DNA of 64,000 bases from Phoronis australis (Eukaryota; Animalia; Phoronida), in the NCBI GenBank assembly GCA_002633005.1, contig NMRA01000290.1:329943-393942 (forward strand). Direction: 5' to 3'. The notes under the pieces were generated by a model that worked only from the letters and a program-made list of their open reading frames with translations, made no database searches and was not told the origin of the DNA. Position 1 is the stretch's first letter. Each line of letters opens with the position of its first letter. The translations under genes were made by a program, and so were the position numbers. Shown piece after piece: positions 1 to 12,900 of this stretch.

Positions 1-163
1 CGGCGCATTGGTAACGGAACTATGGCTTAGTATAAGCTCTCCCGCGGTATCCCAGGCGACCGGCAAATGCGCTGCGCACTACGATTCCGTTTCCGTCATC
101 TGTTCCACTGTGCAATGAAGAAAATTTACTTCATTTTTTAAAGAGAATGGAACCTGAGTAACG

Positions 164-3100
164 ATGAAAAAAACAGAAACTGCTGGTAAGATGTGAATTT
201 TAATTGAAGCTTTGGTGAATCACTCAGAAACTCATAATTCTCTCTTTGTCAAACCTTAACTTAAGACGATTTCCAAAGCAATCCCGTCATTATTGCCAAC
301 ACGAAAAACGGATTTGGTCTTTTGGGCATTTGAAGACTATTTTAAATACAACAAATTTGTTAAAAACCGATTGCACAAAATATAAAACGTGTAATAAGCA
401 TTACAAAAAGAAGTAGGTTTCACGTGCAAACGCTGTGGACCATAAACAAGTAGGTCTCTTAGCACAAGATTAGTAGTTAAATCGTAGTGGTGTAGTGGTA
501 AAGCACGCGCGCTCTATCCGCCAGGTCGTCGAGTCTGTGGTACGTGTGGTTTTTCCTGTTTGACACGTTCTTTGTGTTTTTTTTGCCTTTTTTCTTGGAT
601 AATACTTCAGGAATCAAGGAAAATGCTTGATTTTTAGAGGAAAAAACAGAAAAATTTCCTGGGCGGGNCGCAAATGCTTACAGCCTTGAAAAATGTTGAG
701 CCCCCCCTTGTGATATCCTAGATCCGCCACTGTGTTGGGACAGGCGAATCTTGCTTTAGTACGTGGAGAAATTAAAATTTTGTCGAGTATGTTACTCTGT
801 GATAAATATATTTGTTTCTTTGTTCCCATACTACATGTCTCATTTCTTATCAGATTGTCATGAAATTTACTCACAATATGTATCTTATCATTAGCTCAAG
901 GCTTGTTGTTTTGTTAGAATCAGACCCGAAGTCACGCTGTGGCAGCTGTTTTTAAAAAATTTCTGTTCACAGACCATTTAGCTCCTGCGTCCTTTGATGG
1001 ATTTGACTGAAACGTGGTTTGTGATTATGTCTCATCAATTGCTATTTGGAATGTGTTATCCATTTCTTGGTATGACTAAATGTTTTTGAGTCACTTCAAA
1101 TTTTCTTATAACTGCTCTTTTATTGACTTATTTTTTGCTGCACTTTTGTTGGTTTACCATCTACTGTGCAAGGCTATTTTTCTTAATAAATTTCGTCATC
1201 TTTATAATAGCCGTCACCATCGTCGTTGTCATCGTCATCATGGTTGTTTTCATTCAATTTCACCAAGTGTTGTTCTCTGGAGTGGCTTCATTTTGATTTT
1301 GCATTGGTGAGATGACGCTTGTGACTTTCCAGGGTGGAGCTTATGTTATTTGTTTTCAAGTTTAATTGTCTCAAAATAGTTTAACTTTTTTGAGCTTTGA
1401 AAAGCACCTAAAGTTCTGCTTCATGGATGGCATTAATTGATATTTCAGGTTACAAAAAGGTTGAGTTGACTGAGGAACAACTACAGCGAAGAAAACAAAG
1501 GGCTAGCAAGAGACGTGAGCAAGCTCACGAGAAACGAGAGAAAGCCAAAGTAAACAGTTTGATTTGTGCTAAGACGTAACTCATTTGAATTTATCAGTAG
1601 TTAGTTTGAAAAGCAGGATTGTTTCATATCAGTTATTAGTCATTATTCATTGTGTTTTATTTGGATTTGAGTGGAAAAGCTGGGAGTTTTGAACTCTTGT
1701 CAAATTGGCAGACATTAAACTTGATTATGTACTAGATAAGGGACAGTTTTGTGCTTGTTTACGTCTTGCTTACAATATGGAGCCTGACAAGAACTACTAT
1801 TGTTTTGATGAAGGCTTTTTGGTCAGTTTGGCACTTGAAGTCTAGTACTAAAGTCACAAAACCCAGTCAGCTGTTTGGAGATACTGTTGGCACAAATATA
1901 TTCATTTATTGTTTTGTTTTGCAGAAACAAACAGTTGACAGACTTTTGAAGAAACAAGAAGCAAAATTGAAAGGTGCAAAGGTCAGTTCATTAAAGTTCA
2001 CATCACTTTTTGATATTATTTGAAGTTATACTTTCTCATAGATGCTGTTATCTTAAGTCAATGCTTACCACCCATTTTGAAATTAAATAATTTTTATTTG
2101 TAATTAACCACATGTTTAGCATTCATGTTCCTAAAATTATTCTCAAACTAGGGTTTTTCATTAGATGATACGTGTCTGATTGCCATCATTGCAGGCCACC
2201 ATCAAATCTTTCAAATTGTTGTTGCATTTATTTACGTTGTTACTAACGTCATTGCCATGTTTTTGCATGTTAACACATAATCACCAATCTTTCTTGAGTA
2301 GTATACAGGCGCCACCTAAAGGTTTGGGTGGTCATTAACTGATTGATTACACTCGTGTGGGTAACAAAATAATAGTGAACGCTCGCTACTTGAAAATTGT
2401 TACATATTACAACTTGTTCATTCAATATGAAGCTCAGACTGCCTATGGGAAGGACAGACCCAAAAAGTGGATGTGAATTGGTAGGGACAAGGTTGTGAAA
2501 GTAGCGCCAATTTTTATTTGTTAAAACTTGCAGTGGTTATCAGCTTTTGAAATGGACATTTTTAGCAATATCAGAACTGCTGAGGAATGAAGGTCAAACC
2601 ATGAACTTTCAAGAGCTGAATTTATTTTTCATATGAAATCTATTTTTTTGTTTTTGTGCAGGCATACATTTCTTGTACAGTGGTGGAAAAGTGAATAAAA
2701 TTTTAATGTCTGATATGTGACAAAACAGTATCAGGATCTGCGATTGTAAAATGAAAAAATGACGCATCTTTCCCATTTCTTGTCTGTCCTCCCTGTTTAG
2801 GTTGCATCATTCCCATCCAAAGGTCCATCTTTTCCAGTTCTCCTCTGTCCTTTGCATTTTTGGGTCTGCCCTTCCCATCATTAGTATGGACTTTTTACTG
2901 GTTGGTCAGCTAAGTGTTTTGGTTGAAATTCTTACCCAGCTGGCTCCGATACATATTTTGTCTCTCGTCTGACATTTCAGTTTTGTGAATTTTTGTCAGT
3001 TAAATCTTGAAAATGTAAAGTCACAATTTAACATGTAAGCGATTGACCAAAATTTCTTTAAAAAATGCAAGAAAAACTAAAAAAAACTTGTGTTCATGAT

Positions 3101-4584
3101 TTGGAAAACCTCTTTTCCTGTTGTCTGCCGATGTTGTTAAAGTCTAGTGTGCAAAGTGGGTCAGGAACAGGAAATACCCAACTCACTAATCGGGGCACTT
3201 GGCAGTGACAGGATAACGCACTGAAAGACCTGTGTGGCAGGGCAAGAGTTAAAAGGTCGAGATTTCATGGCATACTAGAACCATCAAATCAGTAGAGCCA
3301 ATGTCATATTTGCACCTTCCTTGTGTTTACTGATTTGGTTTCAATGGTTAGTTGTTTTTGATTCACATTCACTATGCAGGCTAAAGGTCCTAAGAGCCTG
3401 GGTGTACCTCACGTGCGCTACCTACAAACACAGACAAGTGTCAGCCTATCCCTGCCAGGCAGTCAGACGTTTCCACTGCCGTCACAAACTAAGAAGGAGT
3501 AAGTGTAGAAAGTAAAGCAAAATGCATTTAGTTTTGGACGAGTGTTTCACACGTTAGTGTTAAAGTACTTCCTCATTGGGCCACGTGCTGTCGTTTCCGA
3601 TTTCAAAGTGAATTTATTTGTACCTTACTATGAGCAGTTTTTGCAGTTTGTATTATTTTCTTTAAAATTCCCCCATATCGGTAGACATTTACAGGTTAGT
3701 TATTGTTCCCTTGGCGAGTATGTGCTGTCCATGGAACAATGGAGAATAAGTTAAACCACCCAACAAAGGCGCACATCTTGGTTCTGCAATCACTTGAACA
3801 ACCTTCACAGGCTGTGTTCACTAGGGAGTAGGAAGAGAACACAGGACCAAGATGTGATCCTGTTGTCTGGCCATTTATGTCACTATTGTTGTATGGATAC
3901 TAAATACATGCCAGGGCAACAGTAACTAAGTGGACAAATGTGTTTGCAAGATATCCAGGATTCTGCATTTTTACTAAAACATAGTATGCTTTCTCCTTTA
4001 AAGCCACGTTCCTTGTGCGATATCATACCCAAAAGCCTAAAGTGTAGCTCATTGCTTGCTTGCTTGTCTGGATTCGCCACAAATTCTGTTTTAACATTCT
4101 AGTGTGATATCGGCAATTTATGACTTCAGCTACACTGGAAACACTCACCTGAACATTTGATTGGTTGCCAGTGATTACTCTCGACTCACAAACCAATCAG
4201 ATGTATTAAGCTGGTTAACCTCACTGAAGTGACATACCCCGGATATGTAAATCAAGTGCCGCCTTTTCGATGTTATTGCTGTATCAAACTTCAAAGCATT
4301 GTACTCGACAGGCAGCTTTGAGTACCCGCTGCTGACTTTTGAGTGATTTTGTGGGTCAATCCAGATAGTTCGTTTTCATATTTCTTTGCTTAAAGTTGTC
4401 GAGATGGTATAAAAATCATTTTTAACTGTTTGCTTTCAGACCTCCACTTCCAGTCAAGTGTACCATCTGCAGAAGTAACTATAGAAAGTACTCCTGCTCA
4501 AAAACTGGAAAACCTCTGTGTAGTTTACTGTGCTACAAGAAGAACAAGGAGTTAAATCCAAAAGCATTCGAGATTTCGACGTAA
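164..4584 (+). CDS. INO80B: INO80 complex subunit B-like (PAPA-1 region + zf-HIT), spliced: 164-185, 1449-1549, 1925-1981, 3380-3498, 4440-4584; about 147 aa
   Basis: All introns are GT-AG with matching phases (1,0,0,2). Translation: MKKTETAGYKKVELTEEQLQRRKQRASKRREQAHEKREKAKKQTVDRLLKKQ...PHVRYLQTQTSVSLSLP...CTICRSNYRKYSCSKTGKPLCSLLCYKKN. This resembles, from memory, the INO80B C-terminal LTEE..RARKRR..QTIERL, VRY..TLSFP and YACSRTG..LCSL.CY motifs. The first exon is the least certain. Confidence 0.88.
705..732 (-). mobile_element. Terminus of a hAT-like MITE (CAGTGGCGGATCTAG...), truncated near N 668
   Basis: ctagatccgccactg is the reverse complement of the CAGTGGCGGA terminus typical of non-autonomous hAT elements; the other end was not found. 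Confidence 0.35.
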
Positions 4585-5154
4585 CATAACGCGAGATGCG
4601 GAAAGTTAATACTGTTACTCTTCTTCATCATTTACTGACCATCCACTGTGCAGCTGTAACTTGATGGTATTTACAAAGTAGTTAGTCTGAGAAAGTACTG
4701 TCTGTGATCATCCTTTCATAGGCATTGTGTTGCACATTGTGTTCAAATTGTACTGGGAATTTCTGAACACAAGGCTTGGGATATATTTGGAAAATGGTAC
4801 ATTTTTGACCTTTCAAATACCTCAACAAAAACGGGCATTTCTTCAGATATGGAAGACTCTACGGGATTGTCAATGATTTTTGCTTAGATATACGTGTTGT
4901 TTTTTAACCATGTTCACAGATACTTCATGTTGGAACATGCAAAATCCATGGGAAAATAGAAATTAGTTTCAAAAGCAGGCACATTGGTCTGTATTGGGGT
5001 CATTTTCTGTCCACAAGCCCATGGGCTTATTCAGGGGGCCTGTTTGTAAGTGACATGGTATACGTCATTAAAGATTCATCCCAGATCCAGATCATCCTTT
5101 TTCCAACAACAACTGAGATGTGAACAAGTGTTAGTGACATGGATGGTCTCATTA

Positions 5155-5250
5155 AATAAAGCTGCCATTTCATGATGTGAATGTTATCTTTGTATTGAAT
5201 TTGTACAAACTGTAATTTTAAATACAAGTTTTCAACAAATAGTGTTTATT
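5155..5250. terminator. Convergent polyadenylation signals: AATAAA(+) 5155-5160, AATACA(+) 5221-5226 and AATAAA(-) 5245-5250
   Basis: Located between the INO80B stop (4584) and the WDR97 stop (5992), on opposite strands. Confidence 0.45.
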
Positions 5251-5991
5251 TGCATTTCAACAATACATCTTTGCAACAATCAAACATTTACAACTGTACA
5301 GGACATTACAAAAGGGTTGGTATATCACAGAAAATCAACTCCTGCCATCTAAAAAGGCTGCAAAGATGTTCTTTACACAGAATACTTCAAAACAACTCTA
5401 TCTCAATAAAAGGCTGTCTGACATGTACACGTGTGGCTGCTGGACACCACTCGGCAAAAATTACTTGGCAAAAAAATGCCAACAAAATTCTACTTCAAAA
5501 GTGCAAAATACATGTGTGTGAAAACAATATATATAATTATGGCATTTCAGCGCGTTATAAAAAAATGGAATAGAACAATTTTGTACCGAGTTCAACCTTG
5601 TGTGTCCAACAATGGTGGCAGATGAAGAGATTGCGATGCTGTGCTGAGTACACTTGGCTTCCCCATGATCAAAATTGTAAACAATTAAAACCCAAATGAT
5701 TTTATTACAATGGTTCAGAAGAGAGCAGAAATTACCTAAAAAACTAAGATGCAGATATTACGACAATGTTACTGCTGAATAAAACCACCAAAGTTTCCCA
5801 AGAAAACTCAGTCAAGGGTTTGTAAAAATTTAAACCCAAGATGCAATACATTATTTTACAGATTAAAATTTCAGAAATTCTTGAAAAATAATTTTAAAAA
5901 TACATAATGTTATCTTCTACTCCAATGAGTTAATGCTGACAGCTTTCTGGCTCAAACCGATCACCGTCATTATGAAATAACGACTGTTGGG

Positions 5992-6230
5992 TCATAGACC
6001 ATAATCTTCAATATCTGGCACATAGGATTGTGATGGTATAAAATACTTCTGTGACGACTTCAGTGTCAATAGGATTGGATCCCGCTGCCAAGGATCATAA
6101 GCATCTATTGCACTTGGGAACGGATTCATGTATAGAGTTTTCATGGGTAGATTGATGCTTGGTGCAAAGCCATGCAGCTGGCCAGGAATGGGTTGGTGAC
6201 CTCTGTTGGTGACCGGTGGAAGCTTGAAGT
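5992..6230 (-). CDS. WDR97: WDR97 terminal coding exon, second copy (same peptide; probably the other allele)
   Basis: Near-identical to 6697-6935 with only synonymous differences; continuous with the 3'UTR. Confidence 0.75.
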
Positions 6231-6696
6231 CTGAAACGGAAAAGCGTGACCATATTATCATGCTATTTCAGTACCACCAGTTCAGATAACTTGTGTCAAA
6301 GATAAACATTTCCTTTTACGGGCTTACTTTTGCCCCCGTTTTCTTATGCTACTTTTGTCAGCCTCGCTCGCTCTCCCTTGGGTGGGCGGATGCATCCTTC
6401 TGCTGCATCTGTGGCAGATTGTCACCCACCTTTACAGTGCAACATGTTATATAACTTTTGTAATTACTGATATCTGTAGTAGTTTAGTTTGTCATAATAT
6501 ATATGACCTTTTATCTCAACTACATGTGTTGTTTCACTGTAAACTAGCTTCGGTATCGCTTCGCAGTTAGCGCATATAAAAATTATTTAAGTATTAAATT
6601 ATTTTATGTAAGCTATACTGCCTCCTCCTCATTNTTAATGCTGACAGCTTTCTGGCTCAAACCGATCACCGTCACACTGAAATAACGATTGTTGGG

Positions 6697-6935
6697 TCAT
6701 AGACCATAATCTTCAATATCCGGCACATAGGATTGTGATGGTATAAAATACTTCTGTGACGACTTCAGTGTCAATAGGATTGGATCCCGCTGCCAAGGAT
6801 CATAAGCATCTATTGCACTTGGGAATGGATTCATGTACAGAGTTTTCATGGGTAGATTGATGCTTGGTGCAAAGCCATGCAGCTGGCCAGGAATGGGTTG
6901 GTGACCTCTGTTGGTGACCGGTGGAAGCTTGAAGT
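6697..6935 (-). CDS. WDR97: WDR97 terminal coding exon, proximal copy (DFKLPPVTNRG...LLTLKSSQKYFIPSQSYVPDIEDYGL*)
   Basis: tttcag acceptor, phase 1, ends in TGA. Confidence 0.85.
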
Positions 6936-9900
6936 CTGAAACGGAAAAGCATGACCATATTATCATGCTATTTCAGTACCACCAGTTCAGATAACTTGTG
7001 TCAAAGATAAAACATTTAGTCATCAATTTTGATGGGAAAATTGAGACAAGCAGTGCATTAAAAATGTTCCTGATTTAAATGCCGCTGAATGGCAACACTT
7101 CGCTGGCTTTGCTACTTATGCAGCAAGTAAAAACAGTAACCATTGCGTCATGGCTGAAATAAGTCTGACAAAAATAAATCACTAGTGCGGTAAAATTTCA
7201 ACAGTTTTGGACAAAAATAACAGCAAAAATTAACTTTTCATTTTCGAAGGCTTCTGACAATGTTTTTAACGCTACAAATTTCTCAAAACATTGTCTGCTA
7301 TTAGGTATATGCTACAGAACTAAAAATGATAAAAGTGTTTATTTGGTGGTAATCATCTCTTATGAAAGAACAAATTCTGCATGTCCGCCACACTGTGTCC
7401 TCAATTGGTAAGCTTTTACCATATAAGTAAACAGTGCACTTCTATCAACGCCTCTTTTTGATGTGGCTATCCTTCATCATAAGTTAAGATTAAAATTTAA
7501 CAAAACTGTCAAATGTAGAAAATGTCACCAATTTCAGACAAAAATGATTGCCAAAAATATACTTTTTAATTTTTTGTGGGCTTCTTACATTGTTATCAAC
7601 ACTCACCATTGTTTAAAACATTGTCAGATAGTAGCTATTGTACAAAACTTGAACATGAAAAAACGTTTCATTTCATGCTACGATTATCATGAAAAAAATG
7701 ATGAAATAAAATTCCACATATGATGTCCACAATTGCTTACTGTATGTTGAATAGTGGAGCAGACCCAGTTGAAAAATGTTACTTCTGTCCCTGATAGGAC
7801 ACTGAACACAATAGAGTATAAACCCAACTTTAAAGGTCGCAGTGTCTGGACGGTCTAACTTGTCTCCTTAGTGCCTCCATGTTGGTGCAGTGGAGTCTCC
7901 TTGATGCCATATCTCAGTTTCAATGACAATGTAAGTTATGATAATTAGCGGGATATGCAAACAAGCAGCCTTTCAACTTGGCTTTGATCGGAAACCTGAT
8001 CTCTTATAAGCTGATCACGCAAAGAGGAGAGTCTCAGAGTAAGACATATCTAAACAAGCAATAGCTGATTTTTACAGCCGCTGCCAATTCCGATAAGACA
8101 AATGAATTGAAGATGGAATGGTTAGATTTTAAATAGAAAAGTAATTAGTAGTGAGAATCAATTTTGTTGATATTTTATGGCTATCCGGGACCACAACAAT
8201 AAATCCATCACAACATTATTCGGGAAACGTTTTGTTTTTTCAGGACTTATCCAATATGATATGAAGTGGGCTCTACTGTATAATGTGAATTACTGAGGAG
8301 CTAATAGTCAGTGTAGGGTCGTAGACACATGACGGCATTTTCACATTCAGTGGACGCGGAGATTTGTGAGCGTGTGATAACATCTAGCTCCTTTGTTATT
8401 TACTGCTGAGCACAGTTTTTTGTCTGGTATGACAACAGGCAGGCCAATTATCTACCAGGCTTATTACAGACCACATGTGAACACAGTCAAACCCATAGTG
8501 AATTGCATGTTTGGAAAGAATAAATTGCCAGTTTTGGTTTTAGTTGGGTGATTTTGGTGATTCACAAACTAAACATGATCAGCATTTGACGAGGAATTCA
8601 GGAATGCTATTGGTTTATGTTCAAATATGTTATAACTTAACAACACATCCCAGTCAGGCTATAGATACGATCTTATTGGAAATTAGAGCAATTATCGAAC
8701 AAAAGAGAGCTGGCCCTCCAACCATAAATGACAGAATGGAGTTAATCAGTCATGTAAGATTGGCTACAGGGTCATCTTCCTAACTAGTTGTTGGGCTATA
8801 GAATCGAACAAGTTGGGATCAACAGGAAAACACTATAATGACCTAATTGATTTTGACTTTAGCGACAATGACATAACAAATTACTCACCAACATCGTAAG
8901 TTGTTTCCCTCTCTGGTCGACACCGGCTTGTGTGCATTTCACCCAGCCTAACCAAGTTGGGTTTACTGAAAAAAATATTTTAATCATAGAGTTTATTGAA
9001 CAATGTTAGATATAACATAGGTTTCAAAGTGATGCAATATATAACAAATATGGAATCTTACTGTAGGAAGACTCAGTATTGATAATGAAAGAACGGCCGG
9101 CATCCCAGGGGGGACAGGCACATATAGTGTAAGGTGGTACTGGCGACTTGTTGGGTCTCTTAAATCTTACGTGATTTTGGTATAAGGATGGTAGCCGTCA
9201 TAACTGTGGCATAAGAATTAGGTTGCACTTTTCAGTAAACTTGTTGATGTTAGTACGTTACATATTCTTTAATTGATGAGGCATAGAATAGAAGCTTTAA
9301 AATGATGTTGTTGTCGAGAAAAGGGATTTTCTGAGATTGGCCTCAGTTCAGAATCAAACACGCAACCTCCACGATCGCAGTCTAACCCTCTGTTAGTGGA
9401 TAAACACCACTCCAAAAATGGCAAGAGTACTATTTTTAAGCATAGTTAAATGGTTAGGTAGTTACCAACCTTGATTTCAGTAAATATTTTAGCAAAAATG
9501 GCAAGAACTGACAAAAAGACAATGGATGTTATTCAAGCTAATAATTTTAAGAAGACTATCCAACAATAGTCCCAAAATGGGTTTCCTCTGCCGTAAAGAA
9601 GGTATATTGAGTCACAATTTTCGAGGTGGCCTAGCAGCACCCCCATACCCAAATATACCAGTTGTGCACTTCCTGTGTCCTTGAGACCATTTTTTGAAGT
9701 TCTTGTAGTTTAAAGTTCTTGTAACAATTAAATTTATTGATTACTGACGGGTAAAATAAAAGCTTTCAATTTAATATCCGCACTTCCTGAACAGACATTA
9801 CGTATTATCTACTTAAAAAATGACATAATATCTGCATAATTGAAGAACATGGACAGAATTAACCAATCCCAAACGGATTCATTATAGTGTGATCAGGTTC

Positions 9901-12900
9901 ATTGTGGTAACACTAAGCAAATTTCATTCAGAGTCTGTTAACATTTTACAGCGACAAAGCTTTTGGGCAAACCAACAGCTGGTGAACACAAGATGGAAGT
10001 GGAACAGAAAAGAAGCATGTGCAATAAGCGTATGACTGTGCTAAGCGGAATGAACACAAAATGGAAAGACAACAGAACGAAGATTGTAAGCATAAATAAA
10101 GAGTGGGGGGGGGGGGCTAAAAGTATGATAGATGCAGCAGAAAGCCAAAAGAACAAAGGCAGCAATTAAGACAGGATCATGCACTGTATATGGGATAGAT
10201 GTGTAAGAATGCAAAATGGAAAATCAAGAGAATGTAAAGAATGAAGAGGTGACAGATGTAGCAGAATTCAAAACGGAATGCCAACAGAACAAAGTCAGCA
10301 TCATAATTATGTAAAGTAGATATTGTGGGTTAGGTGTGGAAGACCGCGTAAGGGAAAAACAGAACAATGATTGTAAGCATAAACAAAGACTGAAGTGGTG
10401 ATGTAATGTAGCAGAACTCAAGATGGAAAGCCAACAGAGCGAAGGTGGCAAACTTTGTACCGAGATAGTGTGGAATAGATATGAGAAAGAACATAAAATG
10501 GAAAGTCAACATTAACAGCTGAAGCTGGCAGCATGAAGAGTCATGTGTTAGGTGTGGCACAACTCAAGATCAAAGTCCAGCACAACACAGGCGGCAAGCC
10601 TCAATCAAATACAAAGTGGTCATGCTGTGTGCTAGACTTTACGACGAGCTCTGGGTTCAAACGAACATCATTTTTTCCTTATGGGCTTTTCGCAACACTC
10701 GAGGGTATTGCCAGTTTACATGAATACCAACATGTTGTTGCGATGTAGGATGACGTAAGTTTCGTGTTTTACTTACAACAGATATGTGGACTCTGAAGAG
10801 GAAGTTGAGTGGCCACTGTAATATAACATCCAAGTTGAGTTTTACAGTGGATCATGAAGTCAACAAACACCCATAAAACCTCAGGGTCACACAGCTTTTA
10901 CAACCACTGTTTTCAATAAATTTGCAATTCACCCACTAGCTAGGCAGTACTATGACCACCGTATCATCAATACAAAATATCTTCTTAGACATAAAATCAC
11001 ATTACCGACAAAAAAAGGTGTTTTCTGAGTATTTCAACCGTATTCAACTGGTAAAGGGCTTGATTTCAGTGACTATCTGACAGACATTGGTGAGAATAAG
11101 CCATTTGTAATAAAATCAATAAACACAAGAGATTTTGCTGCTTCTCAAATTCTCAGTTCTGGTCAAAGCAAATAAACCATCCAATAATAACGATCCCAAA
11201 TATGTGTTATGCCCATTTTTAAAAAAAAAACAGTGCCGTGCTGGAAATGCTTATCCAAGTGAAAAACCAAATACTATCCGCCGGAGAAGGCAGAGAAAGT
11301 TAAGCACAGGGGCAATTTCAAGCCATCGCCAACTATGGATGTCACCAATCCTCTGGTTGACCCATTAACCCTGAACTGGCTGAGATGTGGTGGTTGAATT
11401 TAGCACCGACACCATCTGTAGATGGTGATAACTAGACACATTTCCCACAACTCACATTCCCCTACCAATACCTTATATGGCTTGCAGAAAGAAAAGGTCG
11501 AAGTTCAATAAGGTGGGTTGTGATAGATAAGAATAAGGCATAGATAAAGACACACAATGGGGACGTAAAGATTTTGGCAGGTATTAGATGAACGTGACTT
11601 GCTTTTTTAAAAGCTTAATATGTACTAAGTTGAAAAATGTGCAGCGGCACATCTTGCAAGTTTGACGCTGCAAAATATCACTATACTGTACTTTCAAACA
11701 CAGCCCGTGATCTCACTTGCTTCCACTCTCAAATCACTAGCATTATGGAAAGCACACTTAAGGTGTAAAGTCACAGTCATGTGGGTTCTCATATAACCTA
11801 CAAATACTGCAGGCCAGGTTAAGTAAAGGACAATTGTTCAGTGAAAGGGCGACACCAATTCATGTTTTGTGCATCTGAAACAAGTAAATGTCAACTACAT
11901 TTTCTTAATTTTTAAAAAAAATTCTACAACGATCATAGGTTTTGTGAAGAGCAAATCAATTATGGTTGATCGATAGTGCGCCCAGAAAAACATTTTAAAC
12001 TATGTAATGTGTTGTTTTTGTTCTGTTTTGTACAATGTACGTGGTTGTAATCTAGGTGTCGTGATGTTCCTCAAACTATGGTCACAATAGGAAACATTCC
12101 ACATACAGCACTTAAACATTGTGAGAGTAGAACAGAGATTTCTGTTTGATTTAATTTCAAATTCTGCCGGTCAAGATGGTCAGTTTTAATGAAGATGAAA
12201 AGCAATTTTTGTCTTCACCACCCTTTAACAGCAATACATTGAACAATGGACATTATTACGCATATAACTTGAACATCCCACAACCGTCATTTGATGACAA
12301 GATGGTGATAGCAAAAATTTAAAAAACGCTATGAAATTCTACAGGTGGTCTGCATGTTTCCACACAAAATACTCTATCCTAATTTAGTGACCTAGCAAAT
12401 TTCAAGACGTCCTCGGTATATGGGAATATGGATAATTGGTAAACAGTCTAATTTATATTATTTGTGTACCCGATTCAGGTTGTTTATTAGGCTAATTAGT
12501 CTCATTTTAAGGATCAAAGCAGTAGTAACCAATTTTATGAGGTTAGAACAACTTTCCTCAGAGTGTATTTATTTTTCAAGAGCAATGTCATCACATTCTT
12601 ATCCTTTGTTTGAAATGGGTTGCAAGAAATCAACTGGAAATGACCTGATGACCATACGCTTTCAGTGGCTGAAAATAACCACCTAGAAATCACTTCTTAA
12701 ATCTGCGTAAGGAACAAGATGAGGCCGACAGTAAGTGTTCTAAATCAAGTTCTTTTTCATACAAAATGTGCGAGTTTAAACACCTTTAAATGAGACACAT
12801 CTGCACTAGCTGCATGTGATAGCGGCTCAAGGAAAACCAGATAAGTGAGTGCCTTGGAATAAAGAGTTAAAAGACTGGACAACAAACAAAAGCACTTGTG

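Larger units (their letters stand above)
5930..7017. repeat. Direct duplication of about 380 bp (5930-6310 and 6635-7017), joined at N 6634
   Basis: Both copies start ttaatgctgacagctttctggc and end gataa(a)acattt. Confidence 0.92.

Noticed and set aside
484-530. tRNA-like A box (tggtgtagtggtaaagcac); similar tRNA-like stretch at about 61440-61505
   Set aside because: No complete cloverleaf or intact T-arm; at most decayed SINE heads
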